Shown here in pieces: positions 29,670 to 49,448 of a stretch of DNA of 64,000 nt. The position numbers and the translations under genes are program-made. Source of the stretch: the human T2T-CHM13v2.0 reference genome, Homo sapiens; assembly GCF_009914755.1 (NCBI RefSeq), contig NC_060943.1. The stretch is one strand, 5' to 3'. How positions within the stretch are numbered: the stretch's first letter is position 1; the number at the start of each line of letters is the position of its first letter. The notes under the pieces were generated by a model that saw only the letters and a program-made list of their open reading frames with translations, did no database searches and was not told the origin of the DNA.

Positions 29670-29722
29670 TTAGGTTAGTGCAAAAGTAATGGCAAACCGC
29701 GATCACTTTTGCACCAACCTAA
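29670..29722. mobile_element. MADE1 mariner MITE, internally deleted
   Basis: ttaggttagtgcaaaagtaat...atcacttttgcaccaacctaa inverted repeats followed by TA. Confidence 0.85.
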
Positions 29723-30585
29723 TATTTATGGGCCGGGGCTGGAATTCCATCTTCTCCGGAGGCCCAGGCTGGAGAATTCCTTGAGCACAGGAGTTTGAGA
29801 CCACTCTGGACAACATAGTGAGACCCCCATCTCAATTTTTGAAACATATGTTTCAGTACGGGTATTTAATAGAGATTGGAATTCTCGTTTCTATGTTTTT
29901 ACATGGTCTGACTTTTTGAAATAGTTTGAAATAATGTTTATAAACTGAATTGAGCACAGTTTATACATTTTTATTGTTGCAAACATGCTGAAATGCACAT
30001 TTGCAAAAACAACGACAGCCAGGCACAGTGGTGCACGCTTGTCATTCGAGTTACTCGGAGAGGGTGTCATTTGAGGCCAGGAATTCAAGGCTGTAGTGTG
30101 CCATGAATAAGCCACTGCACTGCAACCTGGACACATTAAAAAACGAACAAAGACAAATATCTAAAAAAGAGGTTATTGACAGACAACTCTTTCAGTTGTC
30201 ACATATATGTTTACTAGAGTATATGTGTGTGAATGTATATATGTATATGAATAAGTGTGTACATGTGATGTGTGTGGATGAGTGCACAGATGAGCAAGTC
30301 TATTGTTTTTATCAAAGGCGCATCATCAGTTTATATACGTCTTATATCTTTTAACAGTTGAAATTACATCTTATATATTTTCATGACCTTAAAATTGTTC
30401 TACACTGTTATGATAGTGAGTCTATGGCTGTAAGGATAGTAACCTGTTATGGGGATACATGTGCGACAGTTTCTTGATTTTAATCCCGGAACTTATTTTA
30501 ACTATACTCAGTTAGGTCATTGTCTGTCAATTTACTTTTGATGCTGATCTGTTATTGTTTGATGTTTTTTTTTTTCTTTTTCTGA

Positions 30586-30798
<213 letters not shown>

Positions 30799-30801
30799 TA
30801 G

Positions 30802-30897
<96 letters not shown>

Positions 30898-30899
30898 TA

Positions 30900-31110
30900 A
30901 AGTTTGATTCTAATGCCCAGACTCCTGGGATCTGGCGCTTACTCTGCCATTTTTAGCCTTCACACCTGGGGCAAGTTTCTTAGAATGTCTGAGAAAGAGT
31001 TGTCTCTTCAATAGGATGGGAACAGATTGTTCTTTTATGGGCTTTTGTTGTTATAGCCGTTAGTACATGTACAACATTTAGAAAGTGCCTGTCACATGGG
31101 AGGTGTTCAA
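30900..31110. mobile_element. MIR fragment (paralogous copy ~60780-61240)
   Basis: ccagactcctgggatctggcgcttactc...acctggggcaagtttctta...aaagtgcctgtcacatgggaggtgttcaa pattern. Confidence 0.6.
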
Positions 31111-31141
31111 AAGCTTCATCCTGGCTGGGTGAGGTAGCTTA

Positions 31142-31683
<542 letters not shown>

Positions 31684-31853
31684 TAGTAGAGACAGGGCTT
31701 CACCATGTTAGCCAGGATGGTCTCGATCTCGTGACCTCATGATCCACCCGCCTTGGCCTCCCAAAGTGCTGGGATTACAGGTGTGAGCCACCGCGCCCGG
31801 CCTAGAAATCTATACTAATTTAAAGAATATCAGGTTGGGCATGCAGTGGCTCA

Positions 31854-32204
<351 letters not shown>

Positions 32205-32325
32205 CTAGCTAAAAAAATACCTTAACGTGGATTTGTCAGAACATCCACTTCAATCAAGTCAGTCCTTACAACTGTCTCCTCATTTTGTGTGATATCCTGT
32301 TGGTGAAATGTGTTTTTCATTTTAG

Positions 32326-32529
<204 letters not shown>

Positions 32530-32874
32530 TAGGAGTCACTGTATTGCTTGACTGAGATTGAAACCCTGTTGACTCAGAAATGAAAACCTCCATAATGCTT
32601 TATAATGCTGTATTTTTCAGAAACAATAAGCTCCATAATACTTTCTGGACTTAAAATAATTGCTTTCTTCAGAATTCTGGCCCCTTTGAGATTCATCATT
32701 GAGTGGTACCAGGGCTTAAGTATGCGTCAAACCTTATGACAGACTTAAGATATACAGTTCTGTGTTATCCACCCCTGTGCTTATTATTTATTAGTTCTTG
32801 TAAGAGAGCTTGATGTCTGCATGTTACAATGTTCCCTCAGCATTCAGAAGGAGGCAGTGGATGAATTCATGTGA

Positions 32875-33120
<246 letters not shown>

Positions 33121-33267
33121 TGATCCGCCCACCTCGGCCTCCCAAAGTGCTGAGATTATAGGCGTGAGCCACCGTGCCTAGCGAAATACTATTCTTGATT
33201 CATTTATAATATCCTCTCTCCTACCTAGACATGGGGCTTGCATTTTGGAGATGCCACAGTACACATT

Positions 33268-33505
33268 TATTCTTTCTTTTTATTATTATTATTTTTTTGA
33301 GACAGAGTCTCGCTCTGTCGCCCAGGCTGGAGTGCAGTGGCGCGATCTTGGCTCACTGCAAGCTTCGCCTCCCAGGTTCACGCTGAGTATCTGGGACTAC
33401 AGGCACCCGCCACCACGCCCCGCTAATTTTTTTTTTTTTTGTATTTTTTAGTAGAGATGGGGTTTCACCGTGTTAGCCAGGATAGTCTTGATATTCTTTC
33501 TTTTT
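33268..33505 (-). mobile_element. 5'-truncated AluY-like insertion in the ZNF880 KRAB-B polypyrimidine tract
   Basis: 14-bp TSD TATTCTTTCTTTTT at 33268 and 33492; AluY-type diagnostics gcaagct, ttcacgc, tgttagccaggat. Confidence 0.85.
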
Positions 33506-33509
33506 TTAA

Positions 33510-33725
<216 letters not shown>

Positions 33726-34254
33726 TAGAGTGGCAATCATCAGTGGCAATCGTGGCTTAACTCATAGCCTCAAACTCCTGGTCTCAAGTGATCCTCCTTC
33801 CTCTGCTTCCGAAAGTGGTGGGATTACAAGCATGAGCCACTGTACCCTGCAAAACCACACTTTGAGTTTCTGTTTGGGAGCTCTCTGCAAGTGAGAGAAT
33901 TCTTTGGGAAAATAAAAGTTTAAATCCTGTGAGTTCTGATTGAAGTTTGTTTTGTCTTGTTTTGTTGAGACAAGTTCTTGCTCTGTTGCCCAGGCTGGAG
34001 TGTAGTGGTGGTGTGATCGTAGCCCGTGTACCCTCAGTCTTTGGGCTCATATGATCATCTCACCTCTGCCTGCCAAGTCACTGGGACTGTAGGCATGTGC
34101 CATTGCATCTTGCTAATTTTTAAAAAATCTTTTGTGGAGATGAGGTCTCACTAGGTTGCACAGGCTTGTCTTGAACTCCTGGCCTCAACTATTCTTCCCA
34201 CCTGGCCTGCCAACGTGCTTGGATTGCAGGCATGACCCACAATGCCTGGCCTAG

Positions 34255-36185
<1,931 letters not shown>

Positions 36186-37691
36186 TAGGCAAAGTCTTTA
36201 TCATGATGGACAACACCCTGTCATATGGCTTATGAGAATTCTTTGATTCCATCATTCTGAAGGACATAGGGAGGGCTGTGTCAAAGGGGTCTCTTTTTCC
36301 CATGGTCTCTGTTTCTGTAGTGATTTTATCTGATGCTAAGTTTATACATCAAACCTGGGGTCTGCATAGACCTGCCTCCTTGACCTGTGTATGGTCCACA
36401 CAATTTCCTATATGAGGAAGACCTCATCAGAAGATAGGAAAACATTGGCTGCTCTTTTTTTTTTGCATGTGGGGCTCAAAGATTGCATGAAGGCGTCTCA
36501 ACCCCTCTTTGCCTCTTGAGGTCTTGTGGAGATAGGGAAAATCCAGTGTTTTTTCTACTCTCAAATGCCACTCAGCAGAGAGCGCTTCACTTCTGGTCAA
36601 CCGAATGGGTGGGGATTTCTACGCACCAACAACCAGTTTTTCAGTGGCCATCTAATAGTTTTCTATGATGCCTTTCTGATATTATGTATCTGGAATTAGA
36701 GTCAGATCCCACAGGCAAAGGGTTGAGTTCCCAAACACGTCCCCTACCTCAGCAACCAATCACAAGTAGCAGGTTGTCACCTTTCCTTCTTACCAACCAG
36801 CTACAGGTTGGGGTTCCCTCAAGCCCCTTCTTGGGGTTGATTACTTTGCTAGGGTGGCCCACAGAACTCAGTAAAACACTTTCTTAGGTTCACTGCCTCA
36901 CGCTGAAGGATGTTTTGAAGGATACAGATGAAGAGCCGGATGAGGAGATTCACAGGGGGAGGCACGTGGGAAGATTCACTGGGTGTGCCACCCTCCAGGC
37001 ACCTGTGTGTCTTCAGCATTTGGAAGATCTCGTGACCCCATAGTTCAGGGATTATTTTTTATTTTTTATTTTTTTTAGACAGAGTCTTGCTCTGTCACAG
37101 GCTGTAGTGAAGTGGCACAATCTCAGCTCACTGCAATCTCCGCCTCCCGGTTCAAGTGATTCTTCTAGTTCAGGGATTTTTTATGGAGGCTTCATCACAT
37201 AGGTGTGATTGATATTATCTCAGTCTCCAGCCCCTCTTCCCTTCCTGGAGGATAGTGGATAGGGCTGACACTTTCATGCTTGTAATCATGGCCTGGTCTT
37301 TCTGATGATCAGCCCAGTCCAGGGAACCTACAGAGGTTGCCTCATTAGAACAAATCACATTCCTATCACCCAGAACATTCCAAGGAGTTAGGAGCTCTGT
37401 GTCAGGAGCCAACGAAGAGACCAATGTATGCATTTCTTATTTTACAAGGTTCCTCAGCCATTCTTCAGTTGTGCTTTGTCCATACTTTAGTGGTGTGTGT
37501 AACGGGAGTAGGTGGCTCTTCTGAGATTTTTACTCAGCAGAATGGGAAAGACAGTTGACAGAAGGATCCTTTAGGCCGGGGCGGTGTCTCACGCCTGTAA
37601 TCCCAGCACTTTGGGAGGCTAGGGCAGGCGGATCAGAAAGTCAGGGGATCGAAACCATCCTGGCCAACATGGTGAAACCCCGTCTCTACTA

Positions 37692-37853
<162 letters not shown>

Positions 37854-39764
37854 TCAAAAAAAAAAAAAAAAAAAAAGAAAGATCCTTTATTGGATGCCCG
37901 AGTCCTCGTGACAGAATAGCTCACTAGAATGATACATCTGGTTATAAGACTAAAGCCACTGCTGATTTTATTTTGGGCCTTTCCATGTATTAGAAATGAA
38001 CTTGGGGCCAGGCACAGTGGCTCACACTTGTAATCCTAGCACTTTGGGAGGCTGAGGTTAGTGGATTGATTGAGCCCAGGAGTTTGAGACCAGCCTGGAC
38101 AACATGGCAAGAACTTGTCTCTACAAAACATATAAAAATTTGGCTGTGGTGGTGCACACCTGTAGTCCTAGCTACTCAGGAGGCTGAGGTGGGAGAATCA
38201 CCTGAGCCCAGGAGGTCAAGGCAGCAGCCAGCCATGATGGCGTCACTGAACTCCAGCCTTAGTACAGAGTGATACCCTGTCTCAGAAAAAAAAATAAGAA
38301 GAAAATAAAAAATAAATGAACTTATTTGTATTTAGTCAACAGTTCCATATGGTACTCTTTGTCTTCTTTGTTTTATATGTGTGGGGATGTTGTATCAGGG
38401 AATGGCCATTGATTTATATATTTTTGAGGACCTTTATTTTATTTTATTTTTTGCCTAGGAGTTTATGTAACACTTATATACACTCCAGGAGTTTTGGAAT
38501 GGGTAGTATAAATATTTCTTTTCCTTTCCTTTACCTGATTAAGATATTAAATAATATTTTTGTCAGTTACGTTTATTAGAATGTATAAATTGGGAATTTA
38601 TTTTCATTTTTCTTTTTTTTTTTTTGATAGAGTCTCGCTCTGTCACCCAGGCTGGAGTGCAATGCCGCGATCTCGGCTCACTGCAACCTTCGCTTCCTGG
38701 ATTCAAGCAATTCTTCTGCATCGGCCTCCCCAAGTGCTAGGATTACAGGCGTGAGCCTCCGCGCCTGGCCTCATTTTTAATTTTTTTAGAGACAGGGTTT
38801 CACTCTGCTGCCCAGGCTAGATGGCAGTGGTGCAGTTTTAGGTCGCTGCATCCTTGACTTTGAGGGCAGAACTGCTCTTCCCAGCTCAGGTGATCCACCC
38901 GCCTCAGCCTCCCAAAGTTCTGGGATTACAGGCATGAGTCACTGTACCCGGCTCTGATATTTTTAATAATGCTTCAATGAACATGGGTTTCTAAATATCT
39001 CTTTAAGCTGCTATCTTAGTTCTTTTGTATATATACCCAGATGAGGAATTGTTGCCTATACTGGTAATTTGATTTTGGATTATTTGAGAAAATGTCATAC
39101 TTATTTTTTTTTTTATTATTATTTTCGAGACAGGGTTTCACTCTGTCACCCAGGATAGAGTGTGGTATACAATCTCAGTTCACTGCAACCTCCGTCTCCC
39201 AGGTTCAAGTGATTCTTGTACCTCAGCCTCCCAAGTAGCTGGGATTACAGGCGTGTGCCTCCATACCCATCTAATTTTTGTACTTCTTTAATAGAGACAG
39301 GTTTTTACCATGTTGGCCAGGCTGGTCTCCAACTCCTGGTCTCAGGTGATCTACCCGCTTCAGCCTCCCAAAGTGCTGGGATTACAGGCGTGAGCCACCG
39401 TACCTGGCCCATACTTCTTTGCACCATTATACATTTCCAGCAACAGAACATAAGTCTCCCATTTCTGCACATTTTTGCCACTTGTGATGTACTGTTTTTT
39501 TTGTCTTTTGGGTTTTTTTTTTAACAATAAATATTCCATATTGGATGTGAGATGATAGCTCATTGTGTTTTTTATTTGCATTTTTCCAATGATTAGTGGT
39601 ATTTTGCATGTTTAATATGGTTGCTAGTTATTTGTATATCACCTCTGGAAAAATGTGTATTCCATTCTTTTCCTTATTTCTTAATTTTTCATTTACTTTT
39701 ATTCAATAATAATATTAAATGAAATCTTTTTATTTGTATGAGTTACATATATTTTAGATATTAA

Positions 39765-40115
<351 letters not shown>

Positions 40116-41265
40116 TAGGATCAGTGATCTTCCCACCTCAGCCTTGCAAAGTGTTGGAATTACAAGCATGAGCCACTGCTCCCAACCAGAATCCTCTTTT
40201 TCTTTATTCTTCTTCTGGTTCTATCCATTTTCAAAACTGGAATATTGAAATCAACTATAATATTGTGGAGCTATTTCTCTTTGGAGTTTTATCAAGTTCC
40301 ATTCTATACTTAGTTTTTTTAAATTTACTTACTACTTTTAATAGAGATGGGGTCCCAGTGTGTTGCCCAGGCTTATCTCAAACTCTTAGGCTCTAGTAAT
40401 CCTCCTGCCTCAGCCTCCCAAAGGGCTGTGATTACAGGCATGAGCCACTGCATCCAACCTCATTCTGTACTTAGGAGCTCTGACACTTGGTGTTTATATA
40501 TTTATAATTGTTGTATCTTCTTGGTGAATTGAGTCTTTCATCATTTTATAATAATCTTTGTCTCTTATGGTTTTTGAATAAAAGTCTATTCTCTCATATT
40601 AACACTGCTACCTGTACTTTCTGCTGGTTCCTGTTTGCATGGAAAATATTTTTCCATCCTTTCCATTTCAGCCTGTGTGTGTCCTTAGAATTAAAGGGAG
40701 TTTCTTGCAGATGGGATTTAGTAAATCTTGTTTTCTTCTGATTGCAAAGTTAAATCAGGCCAACATTACATGAAAAGGAGAATATCAAACATAGTAACTA
40801 TTAAAAACAAAAGAATACATATTAGATTATTATCTGTAGATTTTTTAAATCTTGTAGATTTTTTTTCCCCTACATGTCTTTCTTACTGCCTTTTGTAGTA
40901 TTTTGCTTGTTTCATCATAGTAACATACTTGAATCCCATCTCTTGTGTGTGTCGGATAGATTTTCTCTTTGTGGTTAGCATTGCAGCTACTTCAAATACT
41001 GTGAAATTGAAACATTCTATTTTTAAATATTAACAGTGTAACTTTAGGTACAGAAAGGTCTACTTCACAACTCTGCTCTCACTTTCTGCTATTAATGGCA
41101 GAAATTATTTTGATATATGTTATGGTCCCATTAACATATATCAAAAAAGCTTCTGAGAAAAAGCAGGGATTCTTAAGGAAAATCTATACATATATAGTGC
41201 TTTTTAAATGATTTTGTCTTTTAATTACTAGGAAAGAATTATGGGAGGCTGAGGCAGGTGGATCA

Positions 41266-41559
<294 letters not shown>

Positions 41560-43010
41560 TTATTTACTGACCTTTAATGGTGAACTTTCTATTTTCATTG
41601 AGGTTAAAGATACTATTTAGAGACCTTTTATTTTATATTGAAGGAGTCCCTTTAGCATTTCTTGTTGGGTAAGTCTAGAATACTAATGCACTCCCTCAGC
41701 TCTTCATTTTCTAAGAACATCTAAATTTCTTATTTTTGCAGGTGAATGTTACTAAATATAGTATTCTTGGTTGATATTTTTGCTTTTTTTAAAAAAGTAT
41801 TTTCAACATTTCCTCTCACTGCCTTCTAGCCTGCAAAGTTTCTGTTGAAAAATACACATAATCTTATACAGTTTCCCTTTATGTGACAAGTCTTTTTTGT
41901 TGCTGCTATCAAGACTGTTTCTTTGTCTTTGACTTTTGATAATTTCTGTATAGTATGTCTCTGAATGTCCTTGGGTTCGTTTTAGTTAGCATTTTAGTTT
42001 AGTTAGTTGACCAAGCTTCTTGAATTTGTATATTTATTTCTTTCCTTAGATTGGGGATGTTTGAACATTATTTCTACAATGGTGATTTCGAATCCTCTGT
42101 CTTCCTGTGAATCTCCAATAGTTTGTATATTGTTCCACCTGATAGTATCTCAAAAATGTACTAGGGTTGGTTTTCTTCATCATTTTTTCTTTTTGCTCTT
42201 TGGAGCTGATTCTTTTGAATAACATATCTTTCAATTTGCTCATTGTTTTCTGTTCCTTTTGCAGTCTGCTGTTGAATCCCTTAGTGAAATATTACTTCAG
42301 TTATCATATTTAAGCTCCAGAATTTCTGTTCTTTTGGTTTTAGTAGTTTCTCCTGTGATTGGTATTCTTTTTCTTTTCATGTAATGTTTGCCTGATTTTA
42401 TTTAGTTATCTGTCTCTGTTATCTTTTTTAGCTCATTAAGCATCTTAAGGCAGTTGCTTTAAATACCTGTCAAGTAATTCAGAGGGCTGCCTATTTTTAG
42501 GCTTGTTTTGTGGAGATTGATTGATTGATCATAATTTTAGCCATATTTCCCTGTCCTTTTGTAGGCCTCGTAATTTTTGGTTTAGGTTTGGTAAAGCAAC
42601 CACTTCTCCCAGTTATTTTGTGTAAGCGTTGTGCAGGATACCTTTACTAATTAGCCTGCTATAAAGGGTATAGGAACAGCCACTCCTTTTCTGGGGATGT
42701 GTTTTTTTCCTGGCGTGTGGAAGTACTATTACTAATGACTATACAGCTGCTCTAAAAGTTCTGATTTTCCTTAAGAGGCTCATCCCTGCTTTTTCTCAAA
42801 AGCTTTCAATTTCTGTTGTATTTTTCTGCTCATAATCTCTCTCAAACTCACCCATAATCCACCTGACTCCTGCAGGTTCCCCACTGCTCCAGTGCATCCT
42901 TCCGTCCCTTTTGTTTTCTGCACTGCCAGCATGATACACACAGTATGCTGATATTCCTTCCCATGTCTGAGTCAGGTGAGGCAGAATCTAGTCTCTCTGT
43001 CAGACACTGA

Positions 43011-44522
<1,512 letters not shown>

Positions 44523-44525
<3 letters not shown>

Positions 44526-44770
44526 AATGTGTGTGGTAAGATCTTTAGTAATAATTCACACCTTGCACAGCATGAGATAATTCATTCATGAGAGAGTTCT
44601 TACAAACTGAGTATGGCAAACTCTTCATGCTAAGTTCTAGCATTAATCAACATCAGAGATTCCATACTAAAGAGAAATCATAGCAATGTATGTGAATCAG
44701 GTCTCTTGAGGCCTGCCAAATGACTAGATATCAAAACATACATCTTGGATGAAACCATACAGATGGATTA
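44523..44770 (+). pseudogene. About three fossil C2H2 fingers in the ZNF880 3'UTR
   Basis: *NVCGKIFSNNSHLAQHEIIHS*ESSYK, then frameshifted EYGKLFMLSSSINQHQRFHTKEKS*QC, then ...RYQNIHLG/KPYR. Confidence 0.85.
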
Positions 44771-44921
44771 TGTAATCCCAAAGTGCGGGGATTACAGGTG
44801 TGAGCCACTGCGCCTGGCCCATAAATTTTAAGAATGGTCACATAGAATGGGAGTTTTTTTTGCTTTTGTAGATTAACTAGAAACTTCATATACTTCCCCT
44901 TACAACATTTTTGGCAATTTG

Positions 44922-44960
<39 letters not shown>

Positions 44961-45438
44961 GCAGAGTCTCTGTCACCAGGCTGGAGTGCAGTGGCGCGAT
45001 CTTGGCTCATGGCAACCTCTGCCTCCCGGGTTCAAACGGCTGCCTCAGCCTCATGAGTACCTGGGACTACAAGCGTGCACCACCACGCCCAGCTAATTTT
45101 TGTATTTTTAATAGAGACAGGGTTTCACCATGTTGGCCGGGATGGTCTTGATCTCTTGACCTCGTGATCCACCCGCCTCAGCCTCCCAAAGTACTGAGAT
45201 TACAGGTGTGAGCCACCATGCTTGACCGATAATTTGAACTTTTGACTGCTGTACTGGAATTTGTTTGAAGTCCACCTAAAGTTTGTATTATATATTGAGA
45301 ATGATGATGCCATACACTGATATGGTCTGCAAATGTTTACTACATAAACATTTACATGAGGCTTTCTGGGGAAAGCAGGATGGACTTCCCCAGCTGGTCC
45401 AAATTGGAGAACAGGGATAGGTGAGCAGCCTGGGATGT

Positions 45439-46789
45439 TGTATTAGTCTGTTCTCATGCTGCTAATACAGACATACACAAGACTAGGTAATTTATAAAGA
45501 AAAAGAAGTTTAATGGACTCACAGTTTCACACGGCTAGAGAGACCTCACAATCATGGCAGAAGGTGAAGGAGGAGCAAACACATGTCTTACGTGGTGGCG
45601 GGCAAGAGAGAGCCCGTGCAGGGAAACTGCCCTTTATAAAACCATAAGATCTCATGAGATTTATTCACTATCATGAGAACAGCATGGGAAAATCCCACCC
45701 CCATGATTCAGTTACCTCCCCCCGGGTCCCTCCCACATGTGGGGATCATGGGAGCTGCAATTCAAGATGAGATTTGGTGGGGACACAGCCAAACCATATC
45801 ATTTTGCCCCTGGTCCCTCCCAAATCTCATGTCCTCACATTTCAAAACCAATCATGCCTCCCCAACAGTCCCCCAAAGTCTTATTTCAGCATTAACTCAA
45901 AAGTCCACAGTCCAAAGTTTCATCTGAGACAAGCAAGTCTCTTCTGTTTATGAGCCTGTAAAATAAAAAGCAAGTTAGTTATTTCCTAGGTACAATGGAG
46001 GCACAGGTATTGGATAAATAACGCCCGTTGCAAATGGGAGAAATTGGCCAAAACAGGTCACAGGCCCCATGCCAGTCTGAAATCCAGCAGGGCAGTCAAA
46101 TCTTAAAGCTCCAAAATGATCTCTTTTGACTCCGTGTCTCACATCCAGGTCACACTTATGCAAGAGGTTGGTTCCAGTGGTCTTGCAGGGAACCCATGTC
46201 TGCCCCTGTGACTTTGCAGGGTACAGCTCCTCTCCTGGCTGCTTTCACAGGCTGGTGTTGTGTCTGCTACTTTTCCAGGCACATGGTGCAAGCTGTCGGT
46301 GAATCTACCATTCTGGGGTCTATAGGAGGGTGGCCCTTTTCTCACGGCTGCACTAGGCGAGTAGTGAGTAGTCTGTGTGGGGGCTCCAACCCCACATTTT
46401 ACTTCTGCACTGCTCTAGCAGAGGTTCTCCATGAGGGCTCCGCCCCTGCAGCTCACCTCTGCTCCAGTTCCAATAAAGTTCCTCATCTCCATCTGAGACC
46501 ACCTTCAGCCTGGACTTTTTGGTCAGAACCATTCAACAACCATTTTCTAGGAAGCTCCAAACTTTCCCACGTCTTCCTGTCTTCTTTTGAGCCCTCCAAA
46601 CTGTTCCAGCCTTTGCCTGTTACCCAGTTCAAAATTTGCTTCCACATTTTGAGGTATCCTTATAGCAGCACCCCACTCTATACCATTACCAATTTACTGT
46701 ATTAGTCTGTTCTCACGCTGCTAATAAAGAAATACCCGAGACTGGGTAATTTATGAAGACAAAGAGGTTTAATGGACACAGTTCCATGG
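45439..46789 (-). mobile_element. THE1-type MaLR: complete 3' LTR 45439-45801, deleted internal region, 5' LTR cut after 92 bp (46698-46789)
   Basis: tgtattagtctgttctca.gctgctaata repeated at 45439 and 46698; LTR end ggacacagccaaaccatatca; polypurine tract adjacent on the minus strand. Confidence 0.9.
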
Positions 46790-47373
46790 GGTCGTGTCCC
46801 CCGTGCTTCTGCCACAGGGCCATATAGACAGCTCTTATCGCGGAGTTTTCCTGCCTCAAATCCTTCAGTGTCCCCTGCACTGGCCCGCACCTTTTTTAAA
46901 GTCCTCACCGCAAGGTTGATTCCCGCCCTGGGAGCTTCCCATCCACTCCGCTCCCTCGTCAGCTCCTGGAGCGCAGCGACGCAGCCCCAGTCCCAGGGAG
47001 GCCGTGAACTCTTCCTGGTCCTGGGATCCTGCAGACCCTGCCCCTCTCCTGACTTTCTCCTGCCTTTTTCCTCCTTGATCGGGGGCCCTTCTGCTCCCCA
47101 GGCCTCCCCTTCTCCTGATATCGAGTGTGGGGACGTGACTTCTATCTCAGGACGTTAAGGTTTCTCTTGTCCCAAATTCCATCCCACAGGAAATGGGCTC
47201 TTGAGGTGGGGATCTGACTGCAGTCCCCTCCCTATGAATGTGTGGAGGAGAGGAAATAGAAAAATGGTGAAATGGGAAAGAAGAATGAAGGAGACCCATA
47301 AACAGACGGCAGCTGGGTGCGATGGCTCACGCCTGTAATTCCAGCACTTTGGGAGGCTGAGGTGGGCAGATCA

Positions 47374-47706
<333 letters not shown>

Positions 47707-48504
47707 TTAGAGAAAAACTGGGTTTCTAGAGAGATAAAGTTCAGCAAGATAGGGAGAGGGGCAGAAAAGGGGAGGCTCCTCAGATGGAGAGTTGGGGAGA
47801 GAAGGAGGGATTTGGAGCCAGGGCAGACAGAGCAGCATGGTGCTGGGAGAACAAGAGGGGCAGCCAGTGATAAGGAGAGCACAGGGAGAACCACAGCCTG
47901 GGGAGAACTGGGATCTGGGGATGCCAGAGAGGGGACAGGTGGATATAGCAGGGAAGAGGGGATTTAACAGGGGAAGCTAGGGGGCAGCAGAGACGGGGGG
48001 AAGAAAGAGGCAGAACTATATGAAAATTGGAGACAAATATTGGGCAGAAAGAAGAATAAGAGGTGAAAGAAGTGAGAAAGGAGCAGAACAAGTGGAAGAG
48101 AAGGAATAGAGGGAAGAGCAGGAGAAGGAAGAAGGGCTTGAAATGAGGAGAATCCTAGGGGAAAAATAAAGAGAAAAAAAAAGCTAGGAAAAGAAGGTGA
48201 GAATGAGAGGTAGGTAGAGAAACACACAGTAATGAGGAAAGAGGGGGACACTCAATCCAGATGAATGATGAATTGATTGGATATTATGATTAATTTCTCT
48301 ATAATAAACATCACATTTGTTTAAAATATACAGATGAAGATGAGAATTGGAAAACTGTCTATAAGGCATGTGCATTTCCTAATTCTTGGTATCAGAGGTT
48401 AGCTTCCATTTGCTGTCCTTATTCTGCCAGACGGCAGGCAGTGACTTGACTCATTCAGGTATGGGTCACTATCTTCACTTCTGGGATGGGGTAGGGTGTG
48501 TGAG

Positions 48505-48870
48505 TGTATAAGATAGGAGGAAAAACCAAAGTGTTTTTTCTACTCACAATCAACACAATAGTGAATGCTCAACACAGAATGCCTCATCTCCGGTCATCAA
48601 AATGTGTGGGGATTACTTCCCACCAACAAGCTATTTTTCATCAGATAAAAACTGGGTGTTCTCTAATTGAACTCAATTTGACACCATTTATAGGGAGTTA
48701 GCATTAGATCTCACAGGAGGCTGAGGGCTCAGTTGCACAAAACTGCCCCCAGAATTTGCTATTGCTAGAGTGATTTACACAACTTGGAGAAACAATTTAC
48801 TGAGGTGTACCATTTGTTATAAAGGATGTTACACAGGACACAGATCAACAGCCAGATGGAAGAGCATTCC
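48505..48870. mobile_element. MER21-type LTR fragment (paralogous copy ~56385-56560)
   Basis: gtgttttttctactcacaatcaacac...aaatgtgtggggatt...agatctcacaggaggctgagggctcag. Confidence 0.6.
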
Positions 48871-48981
48871 TAATAAATTAATGGAAACAGAAGTATGTTT
48901 TGGAAACCATGGACTGACTTTCTTTCTCTTTCTCTCTTTCCTTCCTCCCTTTCTCTCTCTCTCTCTTTTCTTTCACTTTGA

Positions 48982-49266
<285 letters not shown>

Positions 49267-49313
49267 TGAGTTTTAAAGGTGCCACAGTACCCCTTGGTTC
49301 TCTTTTTTTATAA

Positions 49314-49448
<135 letters not shown>

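Noticed and set aside
46196-46705. 169-aa ORF
   Set aside because: Lies in deleted THE1 internal sequence on the antisense strand and spans a deletion junction; chance ORF
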